Source: Escherichia coli (lineage in GTDB: Bacteria > Pseudomonadota > Gammaproteobacteria > Enterobacterales > Enterobacteriaceae). Taken from it: a DNA stretch of 64,000 bases. Position 1 is the stretch's first letter, and each line of letters opens with the position of its first letter. Below the pieces are notes generated by a model. It made no database searches. It was not told where the DNA came from and was given only the letters and a program-made list of their open reading frames with translations. The translations under genes and the position numbers were made by a program. Shown piece after piece: positions 34,120-45,056 of this stretch. The stretch is from the NCBI RefSeq assembly GCF_024502345.1, contig NZ_JALDNN010000003.1. One strand, 5' to 3'.

Positions 34120-34412
34120 TGGCAATCCTCCCATGGCAGTGCCGGAATACCGCCAGCGCGGGCCAGTAGTGCTTCCAGTCGCGCACGTAAAATGCAGTCC
34201 AGTGCGCCTTTATCATCAACATTTAATTGCACGCCGCGTACGTTGTAGCGGGACAGAACGTCCAGGATGGTGGTCCGAATGGCATCACCGAACTGTTTTT
34301 CGACGCTACTGTTAACCTGCAGGTCAATATCCTGCGAATCGAGTGGGGCGATGCGAATCATCACATCACCGGACTCGAGTGTGCCTGCGACGGCTGCCTG
34401 GTTTATTTTCAT
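34116..34412 (-). CDS. citD: Citrate lyase acyl carrier protein (gamma subunit)
   Basis: 98 aa, [24 protein letters not shown]... Confidence 0.9.
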   Translation of the reverse strand: MKINQAAVAGTLESGDVMIRIAPLDSQDIDLQVNSSVEKQFGDAIRTTILDVLSRYNVRGVQLNVDDKGALDCILRARLEALLARAGGIPALPWEDCQ

Positions 34413-35485
34413 TTTTCACCTGTTGCTAATGCGGGGGTATTTTGGCGGACTGCCGCACCCGATGAGGCTCGTTCAACCATGCTTTGCAGATAGTGCAGCG
34501 TGGCGTCAGGGACCAGGGATGCGATAGCCGTGAGATCTTTTTTAACCAGCAGCTTGCGCACCCAGGAGGCGGAAATCGGCATCTCCTGGAAGCACAGCCG
34601 CTCAATTTCCACCAGTTCAATCGGTGGGGCGGGAAGCGTTGGGGTCTCCAGCCAGTAGCGCATATCGTTGTTGTACTGGGAGGTGACGGAGCAATACGGC
34701 TCGGTACCGACGAAACGATGTGTAACGCCGAGAGCCGGTGCCAGGTACTGGCGGAAGATTTTCAGGTCTATTTCGGTGTAGCAGTGGTTAATAACGCTCT
34801 GCTCTTTGATGAAGTAGCACGGGAACGTGGCGCGGGAAATGATGTATTCCGAACCGCGATGCACGGTTAAACGTGGAATATCTTTTGTCCCTTTAAGCAC
34901 CAGATCCAACCGGTCTTCATACGGAAACCGTGAGGTATCCTCTTTGACCAAAAACAGATGCAGCCAGTCACATTGTGCGGCCGCCTGTTGGATCAGAAAA
35001 CGATGTCCGTTGGTGAAGGGGTTGGCGTTCATGACGATGCAACCAATTTTTTTCCCTTCACGACGCTGTTTTGCCAGAGATTCAGCGTAACGTTTCAGAC
35101 GCGTGGTGCTGTTTTCCATCAGCACCATAATGCCGGGAACGCTGGTCAGCGTAGAAAAGCCACACTGTTTAAACAGCGATTCGTACTCGGTTTTGGTATA
35201 GATGAAGAGGTGCGTACAGTGGCGCTCATAGGCGAGGTTGATTAACTCGGTCGCCAGCGTCAGCGCTAAGCCTTCGCCCCGTACGGATTCGCAGATGGCG
35301 ACACATTTTATAATATTCCCAGCGATACCGCCGCAGGCAATCAGGCGGTCGTCTCGGGTGACGGTGATAAATACTTCGACGGTGGTGTCAACGCTCAAAT
35401 CATTCTCTTTCAGAAATTGCGTGATAGCCGCCATCTTTTTATTTTCTGAGCGTTTAACTTGCGTGAATATATTATTACCGAACAT
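34409..35485 (-). CDS. citC: [Citrate (pro-3S)-lyase] ligase
   Basis: 358 aa, N-terminal acetyltransferase-like and C-terminal nucleotidyltransferase-like regions ([16 protein letters not shown]). Confidence 0.85.
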   Translation of the reverse strand: MFGNNIFTQVKRSENKKMAAITQFLKENDLSVDTTVEVFITVTRDDRLIACGGIAGNIIKCVAICESVRGEGLALTLATELINLAYERHCTHLFIYTKTEYESLFKQCGFSTLTSVPGIMVLMENSTTRLKRYAESLAKQRREGKKIGCIVMNANPFTNGHRFLIQQAAAQCDWLHLFLVKEDTSRFPYEDRLDLVLKGTKDIPRLTVHRGSEYIISRATFPCYFIKEQSVINHCYTEIDLKIFRQYLAPALGVTHRFVGTEPYCSVTSQYNNDMRYWLETPTLPAPPIELVEIERLCFQEMPISASWVRKLLVKKDLTAIASLVPDATLHYLQSMVERASSGAAVRQNTPALATGEK

Positions 35486-35875
35486 AGTGAATAGAGCCCC
35501 GATGCTATATTTGTTACTGGGTTTCTGTTTTTGTTGCTCTGCTTAGCAACCTGATAACGTTTTGTTTGCAATTGAAGGGAATGGTTTTTTATTACGGAGT
35601 ATTTCTTTTTTTCCCTGCTGCATACATCGTAAGGGGTATTTTGGAGGTAATTTTTGATTTATTTCACAATAAGTTAGAAGGTTTTAATGTGTTTTATGGT
35701 TTTAAGTTTTTTAATTAATTTAACCTCGAAATAGCGTGTGGTTTTAATTTGTTTAATTGATTTAAAGTGGGGAATCTGCAACGATCTTGTTTTATACACG
35801 TAACGTGTAAATAAAACATTTCTATTACAACTACAATGAGAAATAAGTTTCGGGCAACGTGGATGAGGAAGATAT
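35486..35875. promoter_or_regulatory. Divergent AT-rich control region between citC and citA
   Basis: 390-bp AT-rich spacer between divergent operons; cit operons are controlled from this region in enterobacteria. Confidence 0.45.
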
Positions 35876-37537
35876 ATGGCTGAGCAGAAAAATAAAACAC
35901 GGTTTCCTTTTTTCCGCAGCCTGGCGTTTCCTTTACGCATCTTTCTGCTTATTTTGGTCGTTTCTGTTTTTATCATCGCCGCCCTGGCACAATACTTTAC
36001 CGCCAGCTTTGAAGATTATCTGGCCGCGCATGTCCGCGATATGGCAATGAACCAGGCCAAAATCATCGCCTCTAACGACAGTATCATCACGGCAGTTAAA
36101 CATCGTGATTACAAGCGTTTGGCGACGATTGCCGACAAACTGCAGAGCGGAACTGACTTCGACTATGTGGTTATCGGGGATACCAACTCCATTCGTCTAT
36201 ATCATCCGAACCCGGAAAAGATTGGCTACCCGATGCAGTTCACCAAACCCGGTGCGCTGGAAAAAGGGGAAAGCTACTTTATTACCGGTAAAGGGTCCAT
36301 CGGGATGGCAATGCGCGCTAAAACGCCCATCTTTGATGACGATGGCAAAATCATTGGCGTAGTCTCAATTGGTTATCTGATCAGCAAAATCGATAGCTGG
36401 CGATCGGATTTCTTACTCCCGATGGCCGGTGTGTTTATCTTGCTGTTGTTGGTTCTTATGCTGCTATCCTGGTTTTTCGCTGCCCATATTCGTCGGCAGA
36501 TGTTGGGTATGGAACCGAAACAAATTGCGCGGGTGGTACGTCAGCAGGAAGCGTTGTTCAGCTCGGTATATGAAGGATTGATTGCCGTGGATCCTGATGG
36601 ATATATCACCGCAATAAACCGCAGTGCGAGGAAAATGCTGGGGCTGTCTTCACCAGGGCGAAAGTGGCTTGGAAAACCGGTGAGTGAGGTGGTTCAGCCA
36701 GCGGACTTTTTCACCCAACAGATTGCGGAAAAACGACAGGATGCGATGGTAAACTTTAATGGCCTGAGCGTTATCGCCAACCGTGAAGCGATTCGCTCTG
36801 GTGACGAACTGCTTGGGGCAATCATCAGTTTTCGTAGTAAAGATGAAATTGCTACCCTTAATGCGCAATTAACGCAGATCAAACAGTATGTAGAGAGCCT
36901 GAGAACGCTGCGTCATGAGCACCTGAACTGGATGTCGACCATCAATGGCCTGCTGCAAATGAAAGAATATGACAAGGTTCTGGCCATGGTGCAGGGAGAA
37001 TCCCAGGCGCAACAGCAACTGATTGACAGCCTGCGTGGCGCGTTTGCCGATCGTCAGGTCGCCGGTCTGTTGTTTGGCAAGGTTCAGCGCGCACGGGAAC
37101 TGGGCCTCACCATGACTATCGTTCCGGGGAGCCAACTGCATCAACTCCCCGAGGGGCTGGATAGCACAGAGTTTGCAGCAATTGTTGGCAATCTGCTTGA
37201 TAATGCATTTGAAGCGAGCTTACGCACCCAGCAAGGCAACAAGGTCGTAGAGCTCTATTTGAGCGATGAAGGGGATGACGTGATCATCGAAGTTGCCGAT
37301 CAGGGATGCGGTGTGCCGGAAGCATTGCGTGAGAAAATATTTGAACAGGGTGTGAGCACCCGTACCGATGAACCAGGTGAACATGGCATCGGTTTGTATC
37401 TGATTGCAAGTTATGTGAGGCGCTGTGACGGGGTGATTACGCTCGAAGATAACTCCCCTTGCGGTACCTTATTTTCTTTATTTCTTCCGAAAGTGAAAAA
37501 AAATAATGACGGAACCATTAACGCTGTTGATCGTTGA
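35876..37537 (+). CDS. citA: Citrate-sensing sensor histidine kinase
   Basis: Two TM helices flanking a periplasmic sensing domain, PAS, HisKA and ATPase (GIGLYL) regions. Confidence 0.9.
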   Translation: MAEQKNKTRFPFFRSLAFPLRIFLLILVVSVFIIAALAQYFTASFEDYLAAHVRDMAMNQAKIIASNDSIITAVKHRDYKRLATIADKLQSGTDFDYVVIGDTNSIRLYHPNPEKIGYPMQFTKPGALEKGESYFITGKGSIGMAMRAKTPIFDDDGKIIGVVSIGYLISKIDSWRSDFLLPMAGVFILLLLVLMLLSWFFAAHIRRQMLGMEPKQIARVVRQQEALFSSVYEGLIAVDPDGYITAINRSARKMLGLSSPGRKWLGKPVSEVVQPADFFTQQIAEKRQDAMVNFNGLSVIANREAIRSGDELLGAIISFRSKDEIATLNAQLTQIKQYVESLRTLRHEHLNWMSTINGLLQMKEYDKVLAMVQGESQAQQQLIDSLRGAFADRQVAGLLFGKVQRARELGLTMTIVPGSQLHQLPEGLDSTEFAAIVGNLLDNAFEASLRTQQGNKVVELYLSDEGDDVIIEVADQGCGVPEALREKIFEQGVSTRTDEPGEHGIGLYLIASYVRRCDGVITLEDNSPCGTLFSLFLPKVKKNNDGTINAVDR

Positions 37538-38186
37538 GGATGAAACGCTACTGGCGGAAATGCATGCTGAATATATCCGCCATATACCCGGTTTCAGCCA
37601 GATATGGCTGGCGGGTAATCTTGAGCAGGCGAGGATGATGATTGAGCGTTTTAAGCCCGGTCTGATACTGCTCGATAACTACTTGCCGGACGGCAAGGGA
37701 ATTACGTTGCTGCATGAGCTGACCCAGGCGCGCTATCCGGGCGGCGTAGTGTTTACCACGGCGGCCAGCGATATGGAAACGGTCTCCGAGGCTGTGCGCA
37801 GCGGTGCGTTTGATTACCTGGTCAAACCCATTGCCTACGAGCGGCTGGGGCAGACCCTGACGCGTTATCAACAACGTCGACGCATGTTGGCGGGGAATGA
37901 CAGCGCCAGCCAAAAGCAGATTGATGAAATGTTTAATGCCTACGCGCGGGGCGAACCGAAAGGGGATTTACCGACTGGGATTGATGCGTTAACACTAAAT
38001 GCAGTGTTGAAATTATTCGCCGACCCGACGGTACACCATACTGCGGAAACGATCGCCCAGGCGCTTACCATCAGCCGAACGACTTCCAGACGCTACCTGG
38101 AGTACTGTGCCAGCCGTCATTTGATTATTGCGGAGATTATTCACGGTAAGGTAGGCAGGCCGCAGCGTATTTATCATGGCGGCTAA
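37506..38186 (+). CDS. citB: Response regulator of the CitA/DpiB two-component system
   Basis: Start overlaps the citA 3' end; MTEPLTLLIVEDETLLAEMHAEYIRHIPGF... Confidence 0.9.
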   Translation: MTEPLTLLIVEDETLLAEMHAEYIRHIPGFSQIWLAGNLEQARMMIERFKPGLILLDNYLPDGKGITLLHELTQARYPGGVVFTTAASDMETVSEAVRSGAFDYLVKPIAYERLGQTLTRYQQRRRMLAGNDSASQKQIDEMFNAYARGEPKGDLPTGIDALTLNAVLKLFADPTVHHTAETIAQALTISRTTSRRYLEYCASRHLIIAEIIHGKVGRPQRIYHGG

Positions 38187-38200
38187 ATGCTGATTTCTGA

Positions 38201-38290
38201 CGTAGGCCGGATAAGATGTTTTAGCATCGACATCCGGCAACGGTGCGGTTTAAATGCCGGATGCGGCGTAGATGCCTAATCCGGCCTACA
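38201..38290. repeat. REP/BIME-type enterobacterial extragenic palindromes
   Basis: GTAGGCCGGATAAG...CATCCGGC and GCCGGATGCGGCGTAGATGCCTAATCCGGCCTAC match the REP consensus. Confidence 0.7.
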
Positions 38291-38302
38291 TTTCACTGAG
38301 TA

Positions 38303-39044
38303 TCAGCCGCCAACGACGGCTGAAGAAGAACCTGGTACCATCACTTCAGTTGCGATAATCACAACCAACAGCCCAACCAGAACCGGAACCGAGGTACGTT
38401 TCACCACTTCGAACGGAGAAATCTTTGCCATACCTGCGACAGCGACAACCACGCCGGAGACCGGGGAGATTGTGCGCCCAAGGTTTGACGCCTGCAGCAT
38501 CGGGATAACAAGGTAAGCCGGGTTAATGCCGGAAGAATGCGCCAGCTTAGGGATCATTTCAACGAAGGCGTAGAACGGGGCGTTACCGGAACCCGTAGTC
38601 ATTGCCGCCAGCATAGTCAGGATCACCAGCACCATCATCAAGATAATGCTCGCTGAACCAAACGAGGTGGCGATAGAAATCAGACTCTGAATAAAGCCGA
38701 TTGTGCTCAGACCCTGGGCAAAAACACCCGCAGCGACTAACAACATCACCACGTTAGCAAAGGCATCCGCCATGCCACGGTAAGCGACTTCCAGACCAGA
38801 GAAAACCTTTTGGGTGTTGAACCCACGTACGAACTCCAGAATAGCCGCGATGAGCATGCACAGAACCAGAATCGTAATGATGTGCAACTGCGGGCCCCAT
38901 TTACCATCAAAAATCAGGACGCCAACGATCGGGGTAAACGGCAGAATGGCGTAAAATGACGGGGCAGTCGTGGTGATTTCAGCCACATCTAACATTTCAT
39001 GAGAAATGTTCTCTTTTTTATCCAGAAAACGCTGCCAGAAAAAG
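38303..39044 (-). pseudogene. dcuC: Anaerobic C4-dicarboxylate transporter DcuC, C-terminal about 245 codons, 5' end removed by IS26
   Basis: Translation matches the C-terminal half of DcuC and runs into the IS26 left repeat at 39045. Confidence 0.8.
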
Positions 39045-39832
39045 GGCACTGTTGCAAATAGTCGGTGGTGATAAACTTATCATCCCCTTTTGCTGATGGA
39101 GCTGCACATGAACCCATTCAAAGGCCGGCATTTTCAGCGTGACATCATTCTGTGGGCCGTACGCTGGTACTGCAAATACGGCATCAGTTACCGTGAGCTG
39201 CAGGAGATGCTGGCTGAACGCGGAGTGAATGTCGATCACTCCACGATTTACCGCTGGGTTCAGCGTTATGCGCCTGAAATGGAAAAACGGCTGCGCTGGT
39301 ACTGGCGTAACCCTTCCGATCTTTGCCCGTGGCACATGGATGAAACCTACGTGAAGGTCAATGGCCGCTGGGCGTATCTGTACCGGGCCGTCGACAGCCG
39401 GGGCCGCACTGTCGATTTTTATCTCTCCTCCCGTCGTAACAGCAAAGCTGCATACCGGTTTCTGGGTAAAATCCTCAACAACGTGAAGAAGTGGCAGATC
39501 CCGCGATTCATCAACACGGATAAAGCGCCCGCCTATGGTCGCGCGCTTGCTCTGCTCAAACGCGAAGGCCGGTGCCCGTCTGACGTTGAACACCGACAGA
39601 TTAAGTACCGGAACAACGTGATTGAATGCGATCATGGCAAACTGAAACGGATAATCGGCGCCACGCTGGGATTTAAATCCATGAAGACGGCTTACGCCAC
39701 CATCAAAGGTATTGAGGTGATGCGTGCATTACGCAAAGGCCAGGCCTCAGCATTTTATTATGGTGATCCCCTGGGCGAAATGCGCCTGGTAAGCAGAGTT
39801 TTTGAAATGTAAGGCCTTTGAATAAGACAAAA
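39045..39832 (+). mobile_element. IS26, copy 3, positions 1-788 (interrupted by an IS66-family insertion)
   Basis: Left repeat at 39045; sequence matches copies 1 and 2 up to ...AGACAAAA and then switches to GTAAGCGT... Confidence 0.9.
39108..39812 (+). CDS. tnpA: IS26 transposase Tnp26 (intact)
   Basis: Same translation as the other copies. Confidence 0.95.
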   Translation: MNPFKGRHFQRDIILWAVRWYCKYGISYRELQEMLAERGVNVDHSTIYRWVQRYAPEMEKRLRWYWRNPSDLCPWHMDETYVKVNGRWAYLYRAVDSRGRTVDFYLSSRRNSKAAYRFLGKILNNVKKWQIPRFINTDKAPAYGRALALLKREGRCPSDVEHRQIKYRNNVIECDHGKLKRIIGATLGFKSMKTAYATIKGIEVMRALRKGQASAFYYGDPLGEMRLVSRVFEM

Positions 39833-39862
39833 GTAAGCGTTAAGTGAGCGCCGTATTGACGG

Positions 39863-41455
39863 CTATTTATTGGTGAGATCTACGTTCCATGGCAGCAGTT
39901 CGGCCACTTTGTTGATGGGCCACTCCGGCAATACGCTCAGGATATGGCGAAGGTAACCCTCTGGATCGATACCGTTCAGCCTGCACGTTCCGATCAGACC
40001 ATACAGCAGGGCACCACGTTCACCACCATGATCACTGCCGAAGAAGATGTAGTTTTTCTTGCCCAGACAGACCGCTCGTAGCGCGCGCTCAGCAGCGTTA
40101 TTATCCGGCTCTGCCAGACCATCATCGCAGTAGTAACACAGGGCATCCCACTGGTTCAGTGCATAAGCGAACGCCTCGCCTAACCGGGATTTTTTCGACA
40201 GAGTGGCTCTTTTCTCCACCAACCAGTCATGCAGGGATATCAGCAACGGTTTACTTCGGGACCGTCTGGCGGCCAGCCGCTGAGATGCCGGAAGGCCGCG
40301 TATTTCCTCTTCTATCGCGTATAACTCACTGATGCGCTTCAGAGCCTCCTCTGCTGTGGCCGTCCGGGTGCTGATATAGACGTCATGGATTTTGCGCCGC
40401 GCATGAGCCCAGCATGCCGCTTCTGTCAACGGGCCACCTTCACGCTCTGCGCTGAACAACCTGTCGTACCCTGCGAAGGCATCTGCCTGCAGCACGCCAT
40501 GATAGTGCCGAAGATGTTGCTGAGGGTGTTTCCCCTGTCGGTCCGGTGAGAAGGCGAACCATGCCGCTGGCGGATCTGATGAACCCGCGCTTCTGTTATC
40601 ACGGACATATGTCCAGATACGCCCGGTTTTCGTCTTCTTTCTGCCCGGCGCCAGCACGGGCACCGGAGTGTCATCCGTATGCAGTTTGCGGCAGTCCATC
40701 ACGTAGTGGTAGAGGGCTTCATCCAGCGGGGCCATTAACCGGCAGCACGCATCCACCCAGTTGGAGAGCAGCGCACGACTCAGATCCACACCCTGACGGG
40801 CAAAGATTTCGCACTGGCGATACAGCGGCAGGTGTTCACAGTATTTGGCCGTTAACACGCGGGCCAGCAGACCCGGCCCGGCGATGCCCCGGTCGATAGG
40901 ACGTGAGGGCGCTGGCGCTTCAACGACGCAGTCGCATCGGGTACAGGCCTTTTTCACTCTGACCGTGCGGATCACTTTCAGGGCGCTGGAGACCAGCTCC
41001 AGTTGCTCCGCGCTGACTTCGCTGAGATAGGCCATATCACTACCGCAACCAGGACAGCTGGTTTCAGCTGGCTCCAGTCTGTTTATTTCGCGGGGAAGAT
41101 GTTCCGGTAACGGGCGACGATGACGGGACTGGCGCAACTGACGCGGAACCTGCTGATCATTGTCCCGGCCGTTGTAACGATCGCTTTGCTGCTCCTGCTG
41201 TTTCAGCAGGGCTTCGGCTTCTTCGACCTGCCGGCGTAGCTTTTCTGAACGGGTACCGAACAGCATTCGGCGCAGTTTTTCTATCTGAGCCCGCAGATAT
41301 TCTATTTCACGCTCTTCGTTCTCTATTTTCTCTTCTGCGCGGGCCAGCGCCGAACGCAGGAACGACTCAGTCTCAGCAACGAGACTGAGCTGGCTGTCTT
41401 TCTGGCGAAGCGCGTCTTCCAGCGCAGCGATACGGGCGAGATAGTCCTGACTCAT
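39863..41455 (-). CDS. tnpC: IS66-family transposase TnpC
   Basis: 530 aa with N-terminal coiled coil, zinc-finger region and DDE core. Confidence 0.85.
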   Translation of the reverse strand: MSQDYLARIAALEDALRQKDSQLSLVAETESFLRSALARAEEKIENEEREIEYLRAQIEKLRRMLFGTRSEKLRRQVEEAEALLKQQEQQSDRYNGRDNDQQVPRQLRQSRHRRPLPEHLPREINRLEPAETSCPGCGSDMAYLSEVSAEQLELVSSALKVIRTVRVKKACTRCDCVVEAPAPSRPIDRGIAGPGLLARVLTAKYCEHLPLYRQCEIFARQGVDLSRALLSNWVDACCRLMAPLDEALYHYVMDCRKLHTDDTPVPVLAPGRKKTKTGRIWTYVRDNRSAGSSDPPAAWFAFSPDRQGKHPQQHLRHYHGVLQADAFAGYDRLFSAEREGGPLTEAACWAHARRKIHDVYISTRTATAEEALKRISELYAIEEEIRGLPASQRLAARRSRSKPLLISLHDWLVEKRATLSKKSRLGEAFAYALNQWDALCYYCDDGLAEPDNNAAERALRAVCLGKKNYIFFGSDHGGERGALLYGLIGTCRLNGIDPEGYLRHILSVLPEWPINKVAELLPWNVDLTNK

Positions 41456-41485
41456 GACCCCATTTATAATGCGGTCATGCGCTTT

Positions 41486-41836
41486 TTACAACATCGTCAG
41501 TGAGTTAAGGCGTGCAGTTTTAGGTTGCCGCCAGTCCAGCTTATCGAGGAGCATGGCGAGTTGTGAGCGGGTGATGGCGATTTTGCCGTCGCGTACAGCA
41601 GGCCAGACGAACTGTCCCTCTTCCAGACGTTTGGTAAACAGACACAGACCGTCAGCATCAGCCCAGAGGATCCTCACGGTGTCACCTTTACGACCACGGA
41701 AGATAAACAGGTGGCCGGAGAACGGATTGTCATCAAGAACATGCTGGACCAGTTCGCCCAGACCATTGAAGGACTTACGCATATCGGTGACCCCGGCAAC
41801 CAGCCAGATACGAGTGCCTGACGGTAAGGGTATCAT
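41486..41836 (-). CDS. tnpB: IS66-family accessory protein TnpB (orfB)
   Basis: MIPLPSGTRIWLVAGVTDMRKSFNGLGELVQHVL...; ATGA overlap with orfA. Confidence 0.8.
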   Translation of the reverse strand: MIPLPSGTRIWLVAGVTDMRKSFNGLGELVQHVLDDNPFSGHLFIFRGRKGDTVRILWADADGLCLFTKRLEEGQFVWPAVRDGKIAITRSQLAMLLDKLDWRQPKTARLNSLTML

Positions 41837-42240
41837 CGGCTCCTCCCGGTCAGCTCGCGGATCAGCGTTTTCAGAAGTGCAGGTGATAAATCCCCGGACA
41901 GACGCAGGCTGGCACCGCCGACAGTCACCTCGCATGTCATGGCCTCGCGGCAGGCTGGAGCGGCGGGTTCATAGTGCGGCTCAGCATGGTGTGACAGGGC
42001 CATATCAGGCAGGACAACGGGGATAACAGAGTCTTGCTCTCTGATTGACCGTTGTATTTCATCGGGCAGAAGATGTCTGTAACGCTGGCGCCAGGTAAAC
42101 AGCAGATTGTCATTAATTCCATTATCCCGCGCCAACCGGGCAACACAGGCTCCAGGCTGATATGACTTTTCGACGAGAGCCAGCTTAAAGTCCATTGAGT
42201 AGGACGCCCGCGCCCTGCGGGGCTGAAGAGTGTTTGACAT
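41833..42240 (-). CDS. IS66-family accessory protein TnpA (orfA)
   Basis: 135 aa, HTH-containing N-terminus. Confidence 0.75.
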   Translation of the reverse strand: MSNTLQPRRARASYSMDFKLALVEKSYQPGACVARLARDNGINDNLLFTWRQRYRHLLPDEIQRSIREQDSVIPVVLPDMALSHHAEPHYEPAAPACREAMTCEVTVGGASLRLSGDLSPALLKTLIRELTGRSR

Positions 42241-42334
42241 TGATAGAGTCCATTAACGTTAATAAGAGGACTCTATCATCGTCAATCGTTAGTAATCGCA
42301 ACAGGCGGCAGTGGCTTGACGCTTACAGACAAAA

Positions 42335-42366
42335 GGCTGCCTCATCGCTAACTTTGCAACAGTGCC
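42335..42366 (+). mobile_element. IS26 copy 3, terminal 32 bp including the right inverted repeat
   Basis: GGCTGCCTCATCGCTAACTTTGCAACAGTGCC resumes the IS26 sequence after the duplicated AGACAAAA. Confidence 0.9.
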
Positions 42367-44834
42367 GTCGCTGACATCGTGCAACGACACAGAGCTAACG
42401 CTTAGGGTGTCATTTCGCCCTCAGCCGGAACCGACCCCAAGGACAGCGACTCTCAGTGATGGAGCACCTAAAAAGAGGCCCTGTCACTATCAGCGGCCCC
42501 GCATTCACTGAAGCACTTGAACGTTACACTCGCCTGCGCAGCCTGGAATTTTCCTGCCTGAATTTCACTGGGCTGCCTGCCATACAGCTCCGCAACCTGG
42601 CACGCTATGCCGGAATGGCATCGGTGAAATATATCAGCAGAATGCCAGAAGAACGGCGGCTGGCTATCCTTACCGCGTTCGTGAAAGCGCAAGAAATCTC
42701 GGCGCTGGACGAGGCCGTTGACGTGCTGGATATGCTGATCCTCAATATTACCAGGGAGGCGAAGAAAACCGGGCAGAAAAAGCGACTTAGGACGCTCAAG
42801 GATCTTGACCGTGCGGCGTTGTTGCTGGCGCGGGCATGTGCACTTTTACTTGATGAAGATACTGGTGATGATTTGCTGCGAAAGACCATATTCAGCAGTG
42901 TACCTGTCGCCAGACTGGCAGAGTCAGTGGAAAAAGTGAATGAACTGGCCCGCCCCCAGGATACAAACTTTCAGGATGAAATGGTGGAGCAGTACGGACG
43001 GGTAAGGCGTTTTTTGCCCGCACTACTGCGCGATCTGCACTTCCGGGCGGCCCCAGACGGTGAACATACCCTCGCGGCCATCCATTACCTGGCAGAGCTA
43101 AACGGCTCGAAAAAACGGATCCTGGACGATGCACCTGAGCATATCATTTCAGGCCCTTGGAAACGCCTGGTGTACGATGCTGAAGGTCGGATACAGCGAG
43201 CGGGTTACTCGTTGTGTCTGCTGGAGCGACTTCAGGATGCGCTACGCCGTCGTGACATCTGGTTGGAAAACAGCGATCGTTGGGGTGATCCGCGCCAAAA
43301 ACTTCTTCAGGGGGAGGAATGGCAGGCGCAGCGGGTTCCAGTGTGCCGGGCATTGGGTCACCCCACCAATGGCAGTAAAGCATCGGTGCAATTGGCAGCA
43401 CGGTTGGATGAAACCTGGAAAACGGTGGCATCACGTTTTGACCGCAATACCGCCGTAGACATCTGCAATGAAGGTAAACATCCTTCGCTGACCATCAGCA
43501 GCCTGGATAAATTGGATGAGCCACCGGCGCTGATACGACTGAGCAGCCGAGTCAGACAATTGCTCCCACCCGTTGACCTGACAGAACTGTTGCTTGAGAT
43601 TGACGCCAGAACGGGTTTCACCCGTGAATTCAGCCATGTCAGCGAGTCAGGTGCCCGCGCGCAGGATCTGCATATAAGCCTGTGTGCGGTGATGCTGGCT
43701 GAGGCCTGCAATATCGGACATGAGCCGCTGATCAAGCACAATATCCCTGCACTGACCCGCCATCGCCTGAGCTGGGTGAAACAGAACTACATCCGAGCAG
43801 AAACGCTGGTCAGCGCCAATGCGCGGCTGGTTGATTTTCAGTCCTCGTTAGCGTTGGCAGGATACTGGGGTGGCGGTGAGGTGGCCTCCGCTGATGGTAT
43901 GCGTTTTGTCACACCAGTGAAAACGGTGAATTCTGGCCCCAACAGAAAATACTTTGGTTCAGGGCGCGGCATTACCTGGTACAACTTTGTCTCTGACCAA
44001 TATTCGGGTTTTCATGGCATAGTGATCCCTGGAACGCTGCGGGATTCCATTTTTGTGCTGGAGGGACTACTTGAGCAACAAACGGGACTAAACCCGGTTG
44101 AAATCATGACGGACACAGCAGGTACCAGTGACATTATCTTTGGCTTGTTCTGGCTACTGGGATACCAATTTTCACCTCGTCTGGCGGATGCTGGTGAGGC
44201 GGTGTTCTGGCGGGCTGACAAAGCAGCGAATTACGGGGCGTTGGACGAACTGGCTCGGGGTTGTGTTGACCTTTCTAAAATCGAAAGCCACTGGGATGAG
44301 ATGATGCGGGTTGCAGGTTCGCTGAAGCTGGGCACAATTCATGCGTCAGAACTCATTCGATCGCTATTGAGAAGTACCCGACCGTCAGGGCTTGCTCAGG
44401 CAATAATGGAGGTCGGAAGAGTTAACAAGACACTGTATCTTCTCAACTATATTGATGATGAGGACTATCGCCGCAGGATCCTAACACAGCTTAACCGGGG
44501 CGAAGGTCGCCATGCCGTGGCAAGAGCCATTTGCTACGGTCAGCGTGGTGAGATCAGAAAACGTTACCGCGAGGGGCAGGAAGATCAGTTGGGTGCGCTG
44601 GGTCTGGTGACAAACGCAGTGGTGCTGTGGAATACGCTTTATATGCAGGAAGCCTTGTCGCACCTGCGTAGCACTGGGGAAGGGCCAGAAGATGAACATA
44701 TCGCGCGGCTTTCGCCTCTGATGCATGGTCATATCAACATGCTGGGACATTATACGTTCACACTACCGGAGGATATTATGAAGGGGGAATTGAGGCCGTT
44801 AAATCTCAATTTAAACAATGAATTACCTCCTTAG
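42367..44834 (+). pseudogene. tnpA: Tn3-family transposase TnpA, lacking roughly the first 200 codons (truncated at IS26)
   Basis: Translation aligns with Tn3-family TnpA from about residue 210 to the C-terminus (...LGALGLVTNAVVLWNTLYMQEAL...MLGHYTFTLPE...); in-frame stop 30 bp from the IS26 boundary. Confidence 0.8.
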
Positions 44835-44867
44835 CGTGGTTTTTTACATCATTGGCCCTCAAACCCC
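44830..44867. repeat. Tn3-family 38-bp terminal inverted repeat (tnpA-proximal end)
   Basis: Reverse complement GGGGTTTGAGGGCCAATGATGTAAAAAACCACGCTAAG has the GGGG...ACGCTAAG signature; tnpA stop codon lies inside it. Confidence 0.8.
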
Positions 44868-45056
44868 TTATATGCGTTCTTAACGTTTGCTGCCCACTGT
44901 TCAATGCGGAGCATCATTGCATATGTTGCTGCGGCATCAAGATCCAGTTGTTCAGAGTGTTCAGGGAGCAGAATTTTACAATATTCCAGTCATGAGCCAC
45001 AGCTCCGAGCCGTTCATAAAGTGTAGATAGTTGCGTTATGGAATCATCAGTGCGGT

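Larger units (their letters stand above)
39833..42326 (-). mobile_element. IS66-family insertion sequence (2494 bp) inserted in the IS26 right end
   Basis: Terminal repeats GTAAGCGTTAAG... (39833) and ...CTTGACGCTTAC (42326); flanked by an 8-bp direct duplication AGACAAAA (39825-39832 and 42327-42334); orfA-orfB-tnpC gene set. Confidence 0.85.
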
